Source of the DNA: Cellvibrionaceae bacterium
GTDB taxonomy: Bacteria > Pseudomonadota > Gammaproteobacteria > Pseudomonadales > Cellvibrionaceae
DNA: 64,000 nucleotides
Assembly: GCA_050633825.1 (NCBI GenBank)
Contig: JBOEHG010000019.1
Location: forward strand, 881-64,880
Direction of reading: 5' to 3'
Every line of letters starts with the position of its first letter. Within the stretch, counting starts at the first letter, position 1. Under the pieces are notes generated by a model. The model was given only the letters and a program-made list of their open reading frames with translations. It had not been told where the DNA came from and did no database searches. This document shows positions 37,793-46,093 of the stretch, in pieces. The translations under genes were made by a program, and so were the position numbers.

Positions 37793-40144
37793 TTAATCAG
37801 CGCCTGCAATAATTTGATTAAATATCTGATGTGCTGCTTCGGATAATATAGCCATTCCATCTTCGTTAGGATGAATTTGGTCGCTCAAGCTATACCCCGA
37901 ATCTATAGTGTCATCATTATTGGTATCGAGCAGAGCATCATAGTCAACTAGGGAGATATTTCCTGCATTTGTTGTTACATAATTTTTGACGAGTGTATTG
38001 TAAGCATCTCTTTCTACTTCCTTGGATGATGTCCACTCAGCAGCACCCTTGAAAGGACTGGCGGTAACGACAACAGGATACATATTATTATCAATACACC
38101 AATTCACATGGGCTTGGAAATGAGCAAATACTGTTGATGAGCTACTATTTTTAACAATAAAATCATTGACTCCTTGAGCAATCCAGCAAACGCCTGGGGT
38201 GCTGTCATTAGTATTTTTATCAGTGGCTTCTGCTAACATATCATCTAGTAATGAATCACTTGTAGGGTTGGTATCTTCCAGTGCACGACCAGAAAGGTTA
38301 TTCATTGTAACGGCATAGTCTGGAGTTACATTAATACTGTTTATGCCATAAAAAATATCCCATATGCCGTAACCCAAAAAACCACCAAAAGAGTCAGTTA
38401 TCGAAAGAACATGTGATGCGCTGGGGCCGACTTCTACTGTACTTGGCATTGAAAAGCTTGTTAGACCTGAGCTTGCATTATAAGAAACACTTTTATCATA
38501 GTTAAATGATGCGCCGCTGATGCCTGAGCGACTTGCCGTCTGTTTTCTTTGGTCAACTTTTACAAATTCGTTAGGTAAGCCATCATTGGTGGGGGAAACA
38601 CTGACTTTAGAAATAGTGAGACTATTGGTTTTAGTATCATTCCCAGTGACCCCGAGCCCTAGGCGAATAGTTGTTGAGTCAGTCTTTGATGAAAGGCTTA
38701 ACACTGAACAATAGATACCATTTTGTGTTGCCGTTCGTTCTTTTGTACCGCTAAGTGCAGAGTTGACAATACTCAGGCTAACATTGCTAGAGCCGCTTGC
38801 CGCTTCTGAATAACCAGATACTTCAAAACATATAGAAACATCTTTATCTGGCCACAGTGCGCCGGTAACAAACTGAATATAGGCTCTGGCATTTGAACCG
38901 TCATTACTGACATTCCGTGAAAAAGTTACCGATTCATTATCCGTGGCAACCGATACGCTTGCATTGGTTTGACTTACAACGGTCCAATTACCAAAGTTAT
39001 TATGATTGGATGTCGTTAAGGAGACGCCAACGGCAGGTGTTCTCAGGATATTCTTAACCCCTCTTCCGGCTTGAAGATTGGTTGTTGGAATTGGTGTAGC
39101 TGTAGCTGTAACGGTGACATTTACTGTCGCAGAATCTGTCCCGCCAGCACCATCTTGAATTGTATAGCTAATATTGTCGCTTCCTGAAAAGTTAGCATCA
39201 GGAGAGTAAACAAGCTCAGAACCGTTGATTGAGACGGTACCTGAATTCGCGCTGGTGTTGGAGATATTGAGTGAATCACCATCAATATCTGAGTCATTAT
39301 TTAGAACATCAATACTATTGTTAAGGCTATTTTCTTCAACGGTCAAGGAATCATTGCTTGCACTTGGGGCATCATTTACGGGCGATACTGTGACAGCTAG
39401 GTTACCTGTTGTTGATGCTTGACCATCGTTTGCTGTATAGCTAATAGAAACCGCGCCAAAAAAATTGGTAGGTGGCGTATATCTAAGGGTGTTATCTGAA
39501 TTAACAGTAACGCTACCCGTTGATGTTGATGCCGATTGAACAGTCAGGGAGTCTCCATCTGGGTCGCTATCATTTGCTAATACATCAACGCTGGCCAGTT
39601 GATCATCCTCATTTACGGTTGCGGTATCTGCTACGACTACGGGTACCGAATTGGATGAAGTAGGCGGTGCTGCAACGGTGACAGTCACATTGCTGGTTGC
39701 CGTTGCTTGACCATCACTAATGGTATATTCAATAACCGCCGTACCCGAAAAATTATTTGTTGGGTTGTACGAAAAAGTATTATTAGAGTTAACGACAGCG
39801 CTACCGGTAGTTGTGGTTGCACTCTCGAGCGATAGGCTATCTCCATCCGGATCCGAGTCGTTATTCAGTGGATTGAAATTAGTCAATTGAGTGTTGTGGG
39901 CAATTGAGGTGGTATCCGCTACTGCTACAGGGCTGCGGTTTTCTTGTGGTGAAGGCGCCTCTTGTGGTGGAGTTGTTTGCTGAGAGTTTTCTAAACCTAT
40001 GGTGTCTCCTTTGTCATCCGAAGTCGTTCCACATGCACTGAGCATAATCAGTGATAATACTGTGATTCCAGCTATCTTGGCCTTGTTTACAAAGCGTAGT
40101 CGCTGTTTGCTTGTGTGGGAGTTTGGGCTGATACAAAGTGCCAT
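37793..40144 (-). CDS. Large lipoprotein: 3 cadherin/Ig-like ~90-aa repeats + beta-sandwich (CBM-like?) region + C-terminal SGNH/GDSL-type hydrolase
   Basis: 783 aa. Lipobox LIMLSAC-G. Repeats carry ND-SD-x-DGDSL. SGNH blocks: ITDSFGG (block I Ser), QGVNDF (block III), SDQIHPNEDG (block V Asp/His). Confidence 0.85.
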   Translation of the reverse strand: MALCISPNSHTSKQRLRFVNKAKIAGITVLSLIMLSACGTTSDDKGDTIGLENSQQTTPPQEAPSPQENRSPVAVADTTSIAHNTQLTNFNPLNNDSDPDGDSLSLESATTTTGSAVVNSNNTFSYNPTNNFSGTAVIEYTISDGQATATSNVTVTVAAPPTSSNSVPVVVADTATVNEDDQLASVDVLANDSDPDGDSLTVQSASTSTGSVTVNSDNTLRYTPPTNFFGAVSISYTANDGQASTTGNLAVTVSPVNDAPSASNDSLTVEENSLNNSIDVLNNDSDIDGDSLNISNTSANSGTVSINGSELVYSPDANFSGSDNISYTIQDGAGGTDSATVNVTVTATATPIPTTNLQAGRGVKNILRTPAVGVSLTTSNHNNFGNWTVVSQTNASVSVATDNESVTFSRNVSNDGSNARAYIQFVTGALWPDKDVSICFEVSGYSEAASGSSNVSLSIVNSALSGTKERTATQNGIYCSVLSLSSKTDSTTIRLGLGVTGNDTKTNSLTISKVSVSPTNDGLPNEFVKVDQRKQTASRSGISGASFNYDKSVSYNASSGLTSFSMPSTVEVGPSASHVLSITDSFGGFLGYGIWDIFYGINSINVTPDYAVTMNNLSGRALEDTNPTSDSLLDDMLAEATDKNTNDSTPGVCWIAQGVNDFIVKNSSSSTVFAHFQAHVNWCIDNNMYPVVVTASPFKGAAEWTSSKEVERDAYNTLVKNYVTTNAGNISLVDYDALLDTNNDDTIDSGYSLSDQIHPNEDGMAILSEAAHQIFNQIIAGAD
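39104..39931 (-). repeat. Three tandem ~88-95-aa coding repeats (cadherin-like / 'tandem-95'-type) inside the lipoprotein gene
   Basis: aa 72-347. Each unit has the form (V)A-D..T(V/I)..(E/H)(D/N)..L..(I/V)(D/N)(V/P)LxNDSDxDGDSL(T/S/N)..S...G.V..N....(Y/F)(T/S/N)P..NF.G...I.YT..DG....T..(V/L).VTV. Confidence 0.85.
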
Positions 40145-40375
40145 AAAAATACTCGTTGCTTGCTCTATTCTGTAGAGCTTGTGTAAAGATACTGTTGTTA
40201 ACGGATCATATCGGAATTATAGGTTAAAAAATAGGTCGTTATGTGATCAAATTGGCTTTATAAACAAATACTTATATCTTGTTTTAAGTAATATTCGAGG
40301 ATGTATAACTAAAATATGTTGTAGCTAAAGATGATGGTGGAAGGTACAAGATTATTTTGTATTTTTATCCAGGCT

Positions 40376-41509
40376 CTAGAGTACTTCAGGCCTTTTTCCT
40401 GCAGTAGCAGTTAATTGCTTCCTCTCGCCGTTTCTTATAGCGGTAATCTGCACGGTGTCATTCGGGCGCACTTGAGCGATTAAGTTCATCCCTTCACGCC
40501 CATTGCCAACGGCTTTATCATTAATATGAGTAAGGATATCCCCGGCTTGCAGGCCTGCCTGATCCGCTGGGCCATTAGGGTAGGTGCTGGTAATCAATAC
40601 GCCATTGATAGTGTTTAAGTTATAGGTGCGGACAAGGTTGGGGTTGAGGGTTTGCGCTTCAATGCCTAACCATCCTCTAATCGCTTCGCCTGATGTAATG
40701 ATGTCATTCATAATATTAACAGCGATATCAGCAGGGATGGCGAAGCCAATACCGATAGATGTGCCATCATTATTACGGTTCAAAATGGCGGTATTGATGC
40801 CTAATAATTGCCCTTTTGTGTCAATTAAGGCTCCCCCGGAATTACCGGGGTTAATCGCCGCATCTGTCTGGATAAAGTTTTCATACACATTCAAGCCTAA
40901 ACCATGCCGACCGGTTGCTGAGATGATGCCCTGAGTGACTGTTTGCCCAATATTAAAGGGATTGCCAATGGCAAGTACGACATCGCCTATCAAGGCTTGC
41001 TGTGGTTCTCCAAGAGTAATTGTCTGAAGGTTTTGAGCGGGTATTTTAAGCACAGCCAAATCAGTTGCTTCGTCAGAGCCGACGATATCTGCTTTTATGT
41101 TACGACCATCGTAAAGTGATACATAGATCTCCTCCGCATCTGAAATTACGTGGTGGTTCGTTAACAAATAGCCTTCTTGGTTAATAATTACCCCCGATCC
41201 TAGAGCAGATGACATTTTCTGTTGTTTTGGGATATCGGCACTATTGAAGAAGTGTCTAAATAGGGCGTCATCAAATAAAGGGTTGCGTGTTAAGTTAACT
41301 TTTTTGCGCGTTGATATGTTAACAACGGCAGGAGCGGCTTTGTTGACGGCAATTGCGTAAGATGAAGGTTTTTGGTGGTTAGGCAAGAAAAAATTAGAAA
41401 CCTTTTGCCCTAAAGCATAGCGCAGTTCAGGGATGGCTATTGTCGTTGCCAACCCAATGAATAGGCCAAATAAAATGGGGGCAATAAAGTAACTAATAAA
41501 ATGCCGCAT
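40376..41509 (-). CDS. degS: Membrane-anchored S1C serine protease with a single PDZ domain (DegS/AlgW type)
   Basis: 377 aa. N-terminal TM. Catalytic triad context TNHHVI, DLAVLK, GNSGGAL. One C-terminal PDZ. Next to yhcB and zapE, as in E. coli. Confidence 0.88.
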   Translation of the reverse strand: MRHFISYFIAPILFGLFIGLATTIAIPELRYALGQKVSNFFLPNHQKPSSYAIAVNKAAPAVVNISTRKKVNLTRNPLFDDALFRHFFNSADIPKQQKMSSALGSGVIINQEGYLLTNHHVISDAEEIYVSLYDGRNIKADIVGSDEATDLAVLKIPAQNLQTITLGEPQQALIGDVVLAIGNPFNIGQTVTQGIISATGRHGLGLNVYENFIQTDAAINPGNSGGALIDTKGQLLGINTAILNRNNDGTSIGIGFAIPADIAVNIMNDIITSGEAIRGWLGIEAQTLNPNLVRTYNLNTINGVLITSTYPNGPADQAGLQAGDILTHINDKAVGNGREGMNLIAQVRPNDTVQITAIRNGERKQLTATAGKRPEVL

Positions 41510-41557
41510 GGTTTAGTATTTACCGTTTATTTGATCTGTTTATAGAGCAAGAAAAGG

Positions 41558-42025
41558 TTATTTATTGCTTTCTTGCTCAGCATATTCTTCAGATTCTTTT
41601 AAGCCATAGCCTTCACTTAATGTCCCTTCTGCGCCAGGCGTTTTTGGGGCCCAATCTTTGGGTGGCTGGAAGTCTTCCTCGTTGATTGATGTATCACCCA
41701 AAAGAGTATCATCGCCGTTAGCATTGCTCAGTAGCTGTCGACTAATATCAACATTTGCCAGCTTGAGCGCATCACTTGCTAAATGTTCGTGAACATCGCG
41801 ATAACTTTGGGTCAAGTTGTTCACTAGTTTCGATGTTTCGGCAAAGTGGTCTGTTACTTCTTGTTGGTACTCTTTTAATTGCTGTTCTGCTTCCTGCAAT
41901 TTGGTCTCTAAGGTGCGCGCTTTTTGTTGTTGGGGCGATAGTGTCCTAGATAGTAAGGAACCCAATATACAGCCAACCAATAAAGCTGCAGCACCAACAA
42001 TAGCCAAAGTCGTGAGTGAAAACAC
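41558..42025 (-). CDS. yhcB: YhcB (ZapG, DUF1043) inner-membrane protein
   Basis: 155 aa. N-terminal TM, coiled coil, and the pattern EYQQEVTDHFAETSKLVNNLTQSYRDVHEHLA, collinear with E. coli YhcB. Confidence 0.85.
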   Translation of the reverse strand: MFSLTTLAIVGAAALLVGCILGSLLSRTLSPQQQKARTLETKLQEAEQQLKEYQQEVTDHFAETSKLVNNLTQSYRDVHEHLASDALKLANVDISRQLLSNANGDDTLLGDTSINEEDFQPPKDWAPKTPGAEGTLSEGYGLKESEEYAEQESNK

Positions 42026-42074
42026 AAGAATCTCCTAAAATGATTAACTCATAGGGGCAAGTATACCGCTACTG

Positions 42075-42098
42075 AGTGATTGAGTCAGTGATTGAGTA
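42075..42098. repeat. Tandem direct 12-mer AGTGATTGAGTC / AGTGATTGAGTA in the yhcB-zapE divergent spacer
   Basis: Read directly: two adjacent copies with one mismatch. Confidence 0.6.
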
Positions 42099-42189
42099 GT
42101 ACTTTGATTCATCTTCATGCCATAATCTATTTAGTAATATACGTTTCAGCTCTATTCAGGGCTCATTATTCAGTATTTGGATACCTTTC

Positions 42190-43308
42190 ATGAATTTATC
42201 TCCCCTGCAACGCTACCAGCAGGATATAGAACAGTCTGGATTTATAGCTGATTCAGCACAGCAGAACGCTGTTGAGAAGCTTGAGTCCTTATACCACTGT
42301 CTAATCGTAAACCATAAGCAAGCCTCTTCTTTTTCACTAGGCACAATACTTAATAAGATGGGTTTGGGAGACGGTTTTAAAACCCCGGAAAAAGGCTTAT
42401 ATTTTTGGGGTGGTGTAGGTCGCGGAAAGACTTACCTGATGGATATTTTTTATGAAAGTCTTCCTATCGATAAAAAGATGCGGGTTCACTTTCACCGCTT
42501 TATGCGGCGAGTGCATCAAGAGTTACGCACTTTACAGCATCAAAAAAACCCGCTTGAGGTAGTCGCCAAAAGGCTTGCCGATGAAGCTCATGTTATTTGT
42601 TTTGATGAGTTCTTTGTTTCAGATATCACCGATGCGATGATTCTTGGGGGGCTTTTGGAAGGTTTATTTGATCGAGGGGTTTCATTAGTAGCGACATCTA
42701 ATATTGTGCCCAGTGGGCTTTATAAAGATGGTCTACAGCGAGCACGATTTTTACCGGCTATCGCTTTAGTTGAGCAATATACAGAAGTGGTGAATGTCGA
42801 TGGCGGTACTGATTACCGCTTGAGAAGTTTAGAGCAGGCTGAGCTTTATCATTGGCCTTTGGATGATCAGGCTGATATCAGTTTAAAGTCAAGTTTCGAA
42901 AGTTTGGTCCCAGATATTAATGAAGTCGTAGAGAATTTACCGCTGGAAATAGAGGGAAGAGATATTTTGACCCGCTTTCATGCAGAGGATGTTGTTTGGT
43001 TTGATTTTATCGCACTTTGCGATGGGCCTCGCTCTCAAAATGACTATATAGAAATTGCAATGGAATACCATGCTGTATTACTGTCTGATATTCCGGAGTT
43101 AACAGAGAAAAGAGAAGATCAGGCAAGGCGCTTTATTAATCTTGTCGATGAGTTCTACGACCGTAGCGTTAAACTGATTATTTCTGCAGAAAACCCCATA
43201 CACCAATTGTACAGCGGTAGTCGATTGATCTTTGAGTTTGAGAGGACACAAAGCCGCTTGCTGGAAATGCAAAGCCATGATTACTTGGCTAGGGCGCACA
43301 AGCCTTAA
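42190..43308 (+). CDS. zapE: Cell-division ATPase ZapE (YhcM, AFG1-like)
   Basis: 372 aa. Walker A GGVGRGKTYLMD and Walker B VICFDEFFVSD. Synteny with yhcB and degS. Confidence 0.92.
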   Translation: MNLSPLQRYQQDIEQSGFIADSAQQNAVEKLESLYHCLIVNHKQASSFSLGTILNKMGLGDGFKTPEKGLYFWGGVGRGKTYLMDIFYESLPIDKKMRVHFHRFMRRVHQELRTLQHQKNPLEVVAKRLADEAHVICFDEFFVSDITDAMILGGLLEGLFDRGVSLVATSNIVPSGLYKDGLQRARFLPAIALVEQYTEVVNVDGGTDYRLRSLEQAELYHWPLDDQADISLKSSFESLVPDINEVVENLPLEIEGRDILTRFHAEDVVWFDFIALCDGPRSQNDYIEIAMEYHAVLLSDIPELTEKREDQARRFINLVDEFYDRSVKLIISAENPIHQLYSGSRLIFEFERTQSRLLEMQSHDYLARAHKP

Positions 43309-43317
43309 TAGTATTTT

Positions 43318-44190
43318 TTAGCGATCAAAAACAACGGTTTTATCACCGTTGAGCAAAATCCGGTGTTCGGCATACCATCTGATAGCACGATGTAGAACAA
43401 CGGCTTCGATATCTTGACCAATTTCCACAAGCTCTTCGGGTGTGTTAGCGTGACTAACGCGTTCCACAGATTGTTCAATAATAGGGCCTTCATCTAAATC
43501 AGGGGTCACATAATGAGCGGTAGCGCCTATCAGTTTTACGCCTCTATCATAGGCTTGGTGGTAAGGCTTTGCGCCTTTGAAACCGGGTAAGAAAGAGTGA
43601 TGAATATTGATTGCTCGACCATTTAATTCTTTACAAAGGTCATTCGATAGAATTTGCATATAGCGTGCAAGTACTAAGAGGTCGACATTATGTTTGTCGA
43701 TTAAGTCGATGATTTGTTGTTCTTGTTGTGTTTTTGTATCTGTTGTTACCGGCAAAAAGTGAAAAGGAATTTCATACCATTCGCACAAAGGTTCCATCAC
43801 TTCATGATTGGATATCACGGCAACAATATCGATGGGTAATGAACCGCGTTTCCAACTATTGAGTAAATGGCTGAGGCAGTGACCCCATTGGGAAACGGCA
43901 ATAATTACTTTAGGCTTTTCGACTTTATTATGAATGCCCCAGGTCATGCCATAGCGTTGAGCAAGGGGTTCAAAGCTTGTTTTGATTGAATCCATGGGCT
44001 TGCTACCTTCGCAAGACTCCAATACGGTACGCATAAAGAAGCGTTTGGTGTGAATATCTTCAAATTGTGAAGATTCACGAATGTTAAACCCTTGCAGGGC
44101 AAATAAATTGGCAACGGCTGCGACGATACCGGGTTTATCGTCGCAACTAAAATTAAGTACTATATCGGAAACCTGAGGCATAACTTGCAT
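43318..44190 (-). CDS. purU: Formyltetrahydrofolate deformylase
   Basis: 290 aa. N-terminal ACT domain, then a formyltransferase core (INIHHSFLPGFKGAKPYHQA, GATAHYVT..LDEGPII). Confidence 0.95.
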   Translation of the reverse strand: MQVMPQVSDIVLNFSCDDKPGIVAAVANLFALQGFNIRESSQFEDIHTKRFFMRTVLESCEGSKPMDSIKTSFEPLAQRYGMTWGIHNKVEKPKVIIAVSQWGHCLSHLLNSWKRGSLPIDIVAVISNHEVMEPLCEWYEIPFHFLPVTTDTKTQQEQQIIDLIDKHNVDLLVLARYMQILSNDLCKELNGRAINIHHSFLPGFKGAKPYHQAYDRGVKLIGATAHYVTPDLDEGPIIEQSVERVSHANTPEELVEIGQDIEAVVLHRAIRWYAEHRILLNGDKTVVFDR

Positions 44191-44301
44191 ATATCTTTGT
44201 TGTTAGTATGTGTAATGGTTTAATGGCTTAAATTGTGCGCTAATAAAGCAGGATTGTAACCTGATGTGGTTTTATTTTATAAGTTTTTATAAGGTTAATC
44301 T

Positions 44302-45018
44302 GTGACGTTTGATAATTTAAAGACATTACATGACCAGTGGGTTATTTGTGCGCCTTTATCCACTGTGGTAACTGAGACAATGTATCAGTGGTTGTCGGAT
44401 GAGGAGGTTCAAAGGGCGAATCGCTTTCGCCGCCCTGAAGATAGTCAGCGTTTCATCTTGGCGCATGTGATGAAGCGTTTTTATTTGTCTCAATTACTTG
44501 ATTTACGACCTGAAGCGCTACAGTTTGTTGAAGGACCGAAGGGTAAGCCTTTTTGCACTGATAATGGCGCTCCATTTTTTAATATTTCCCATAGTGGCGA
44601 TTGGGTATTATTAGCTGTCTCATCGACAAAAGAGATTGGTGTTGATGTGGAATGCTCTAAGAGAGGCGTCAGTGAGGGAACGATGAATCATGTTTTGACC
44701 TCATCTCAGCTTGAGAAAGTTAATGCTTCAAATAATCCACAAGCAACCTTCATCACTTATTGGACACAGAAGGAAGCGGTAAGCAAGGCCTTAGGACTTG
44801 GCTTATCGATTGACTTTACCACCATTGATTGCAGCGGTGATATCGGTTCCAGTAGGGTCATTCATTCAGGTAATGAACTGAAAGTAAGCGCTCACATAGT
44901 TGATGATAGCCATATAGCTTCGGTATCTGTTTTAGCTCATAGTCAGGTCGAGCCAATCCCTCTTTACGTATTGGCTGATTGGAGAGGTTTACATCCTCTC
45001 TTGGTGAGCCTTTCTTGA
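44302..45018 (+). CDS. 4'-phosphopantetheinyl transferase, Sfp/EntD type
   Basis: 238 aa, GTG start. GKPF...FNISHSGDWVLLAVS, IGVDVE and WTQKEAVSKALG motifs. Confidence 0.85.
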   Translation: MTFDNLKTLHDQWVICAPLSTVVTETMYQWLSDEEVQRANRFRRPEDSQRFILAHVMKRFYLSQLLDLRPEALQFVEGPKGKPFCTDNGAPFFNISHSGDWVLLAVSSTKEIGVDVECSKRGVSEGTMNHVLTSSQLEKVNASNNPQATFITYWTQKEAVSKALGLGLSIDFTTIDCSGDIGSSRVIHSGNELKVSAHIVDDSHIASVSVLAHSQVEPIPLYVLADWRGLHPLLVSLS

Positions 45019-45128
45019 TATTTGTCATTATTTTGTCATGAAAAGGCACAAGATAAACTCATATCGCTATACTAACGTATAGGTAACAGGCATTTATGCC
45101 ACTTATATATGCCACTTTAGGTTTAGAA

Positions 45129-45857
45129 ATGATTGATATTCACTGCCATTTATTGCCCGGTATCGATGATGGGCCCAGTACGCTAGAGGAATCTCTGGCG
45201 CTGGCTCGTTTTGCCGTAAAAAATGGCATCACTCATTCTGTTATTACGCCCCACATACATGCAGGTCGCTGGGAAAATTCAGCGGCTATTATCAAAACGG
45301 TTGGTCTGGATTTCAAACGAGCATTACTCGAAGAAGAAATTCCTCTACAGGTCGGTATTGCTGCTGAAGTGCGTATTGGTGTTGAGATTATGGATCAGAT
45401 CAATAATCGACAAATCCCTTTTTTGGGGAGATGGGGTGATCAAAAAGTCATGTTGATGGAGATGCCCCATAGTCATATTCCTGTCGGTATTGAGCGTATG
45501 GTGAGCTGGTTGTTGGATCGCAATATCATTCCGATGATTGCTCACCCTGAACGAAACAAGGATGTCCATCGTAACGTATCTAAGCTAGACTCGCTTATTG
45601 ATATGGGATGTCTATTTCAGGTAACCGCTAGCTCAGTATCCGGTCGTTTCGGGGAGCCTTCTCGAGTCCGTGCTGTTCAACTTCTTGAAAGAGGGGTGGT
45701 AACCGTGCTCGCTTCAGATGCCCATAACATTAAATATCGTCCGCCATCTTTAAATAGTGGGCGTGCCGCTGCCGCAGAGGTTGTTGGTGAGGATGAGGCT
45801 TTTAGGCTTGTTGTCGATAACCCATGGCAGATTGTCAGTGATCAATTCGCTGTTTAA
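45129..45857 (+). CDS. PHP-family (CpsB/YwqE-like) metal-dependent protein-tyrosine phosphatase
   Basis: MIDIHCHLLPGIDDGP.. N-terminus, ..ITPH.., ..IAHPERN.., SDAHN. Start moved to ATG 45129 from the ORF-track 45096. Confidence 0.8.
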   Translation: MIDIHCHLLPGIDDGPSTLEESLALARFAVKNGITHSVITPHIHAGRWENSAAIIKTVGLDFKRALLEEEIPLQVGIAAEVRIGVEIMDQINNRQIPFLGRWGDQKVMLMEMPHSHIPVGIERMVSWLLDRNIIPMIAHPERNKDVHRNVSKLDSLIDMGCLFQVTASSVSGRFGEPSRVRAVQLLERGVVTVLASDAHNIKYRPPSLNSGRAAAAEVVGEDEAFRLVVDNPWQIVSDQFAV

Positions 45858-46093
45858 CTGTTTCTTGTGTAAGTAGCCTTTCTCTATGCAATACAATCCT
45901 GTTCAATATTCTTTGCATTCATTTCTCTGCCTTATTCGTCATATGCTTACAAGCTGTAAATTGCTTAAGACCTGAACGTAATAAATCGGTATAATCGCCC
46001 CCCTTTGAACCCTGCTAGGTGAAAAACTATTATTCGTCCCCATCTTGGAATATTAACTGGCACCTTACAAACTATTAATAAGCTGTAAAATCT

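Noticed and set aside
42190-43308. The AFG1-like P-loop ATPase as a possible defence or unknown NTPase system.
   Set aside because: It is collinear with ZapE/YhcM and sits in the conserved zapE-yhcB-degS neighbourhood known from E. coli, so it is housekeeping.
45961-45995. A possible sigma70 promoter for secD (TTGCTT ... TATAAT at 45990-45995).
   Set aside because: The spacing between the hexamers is 23 nt, too long for a canonical -35/-10 pair. The TATAAT alone is insufficient evidence.
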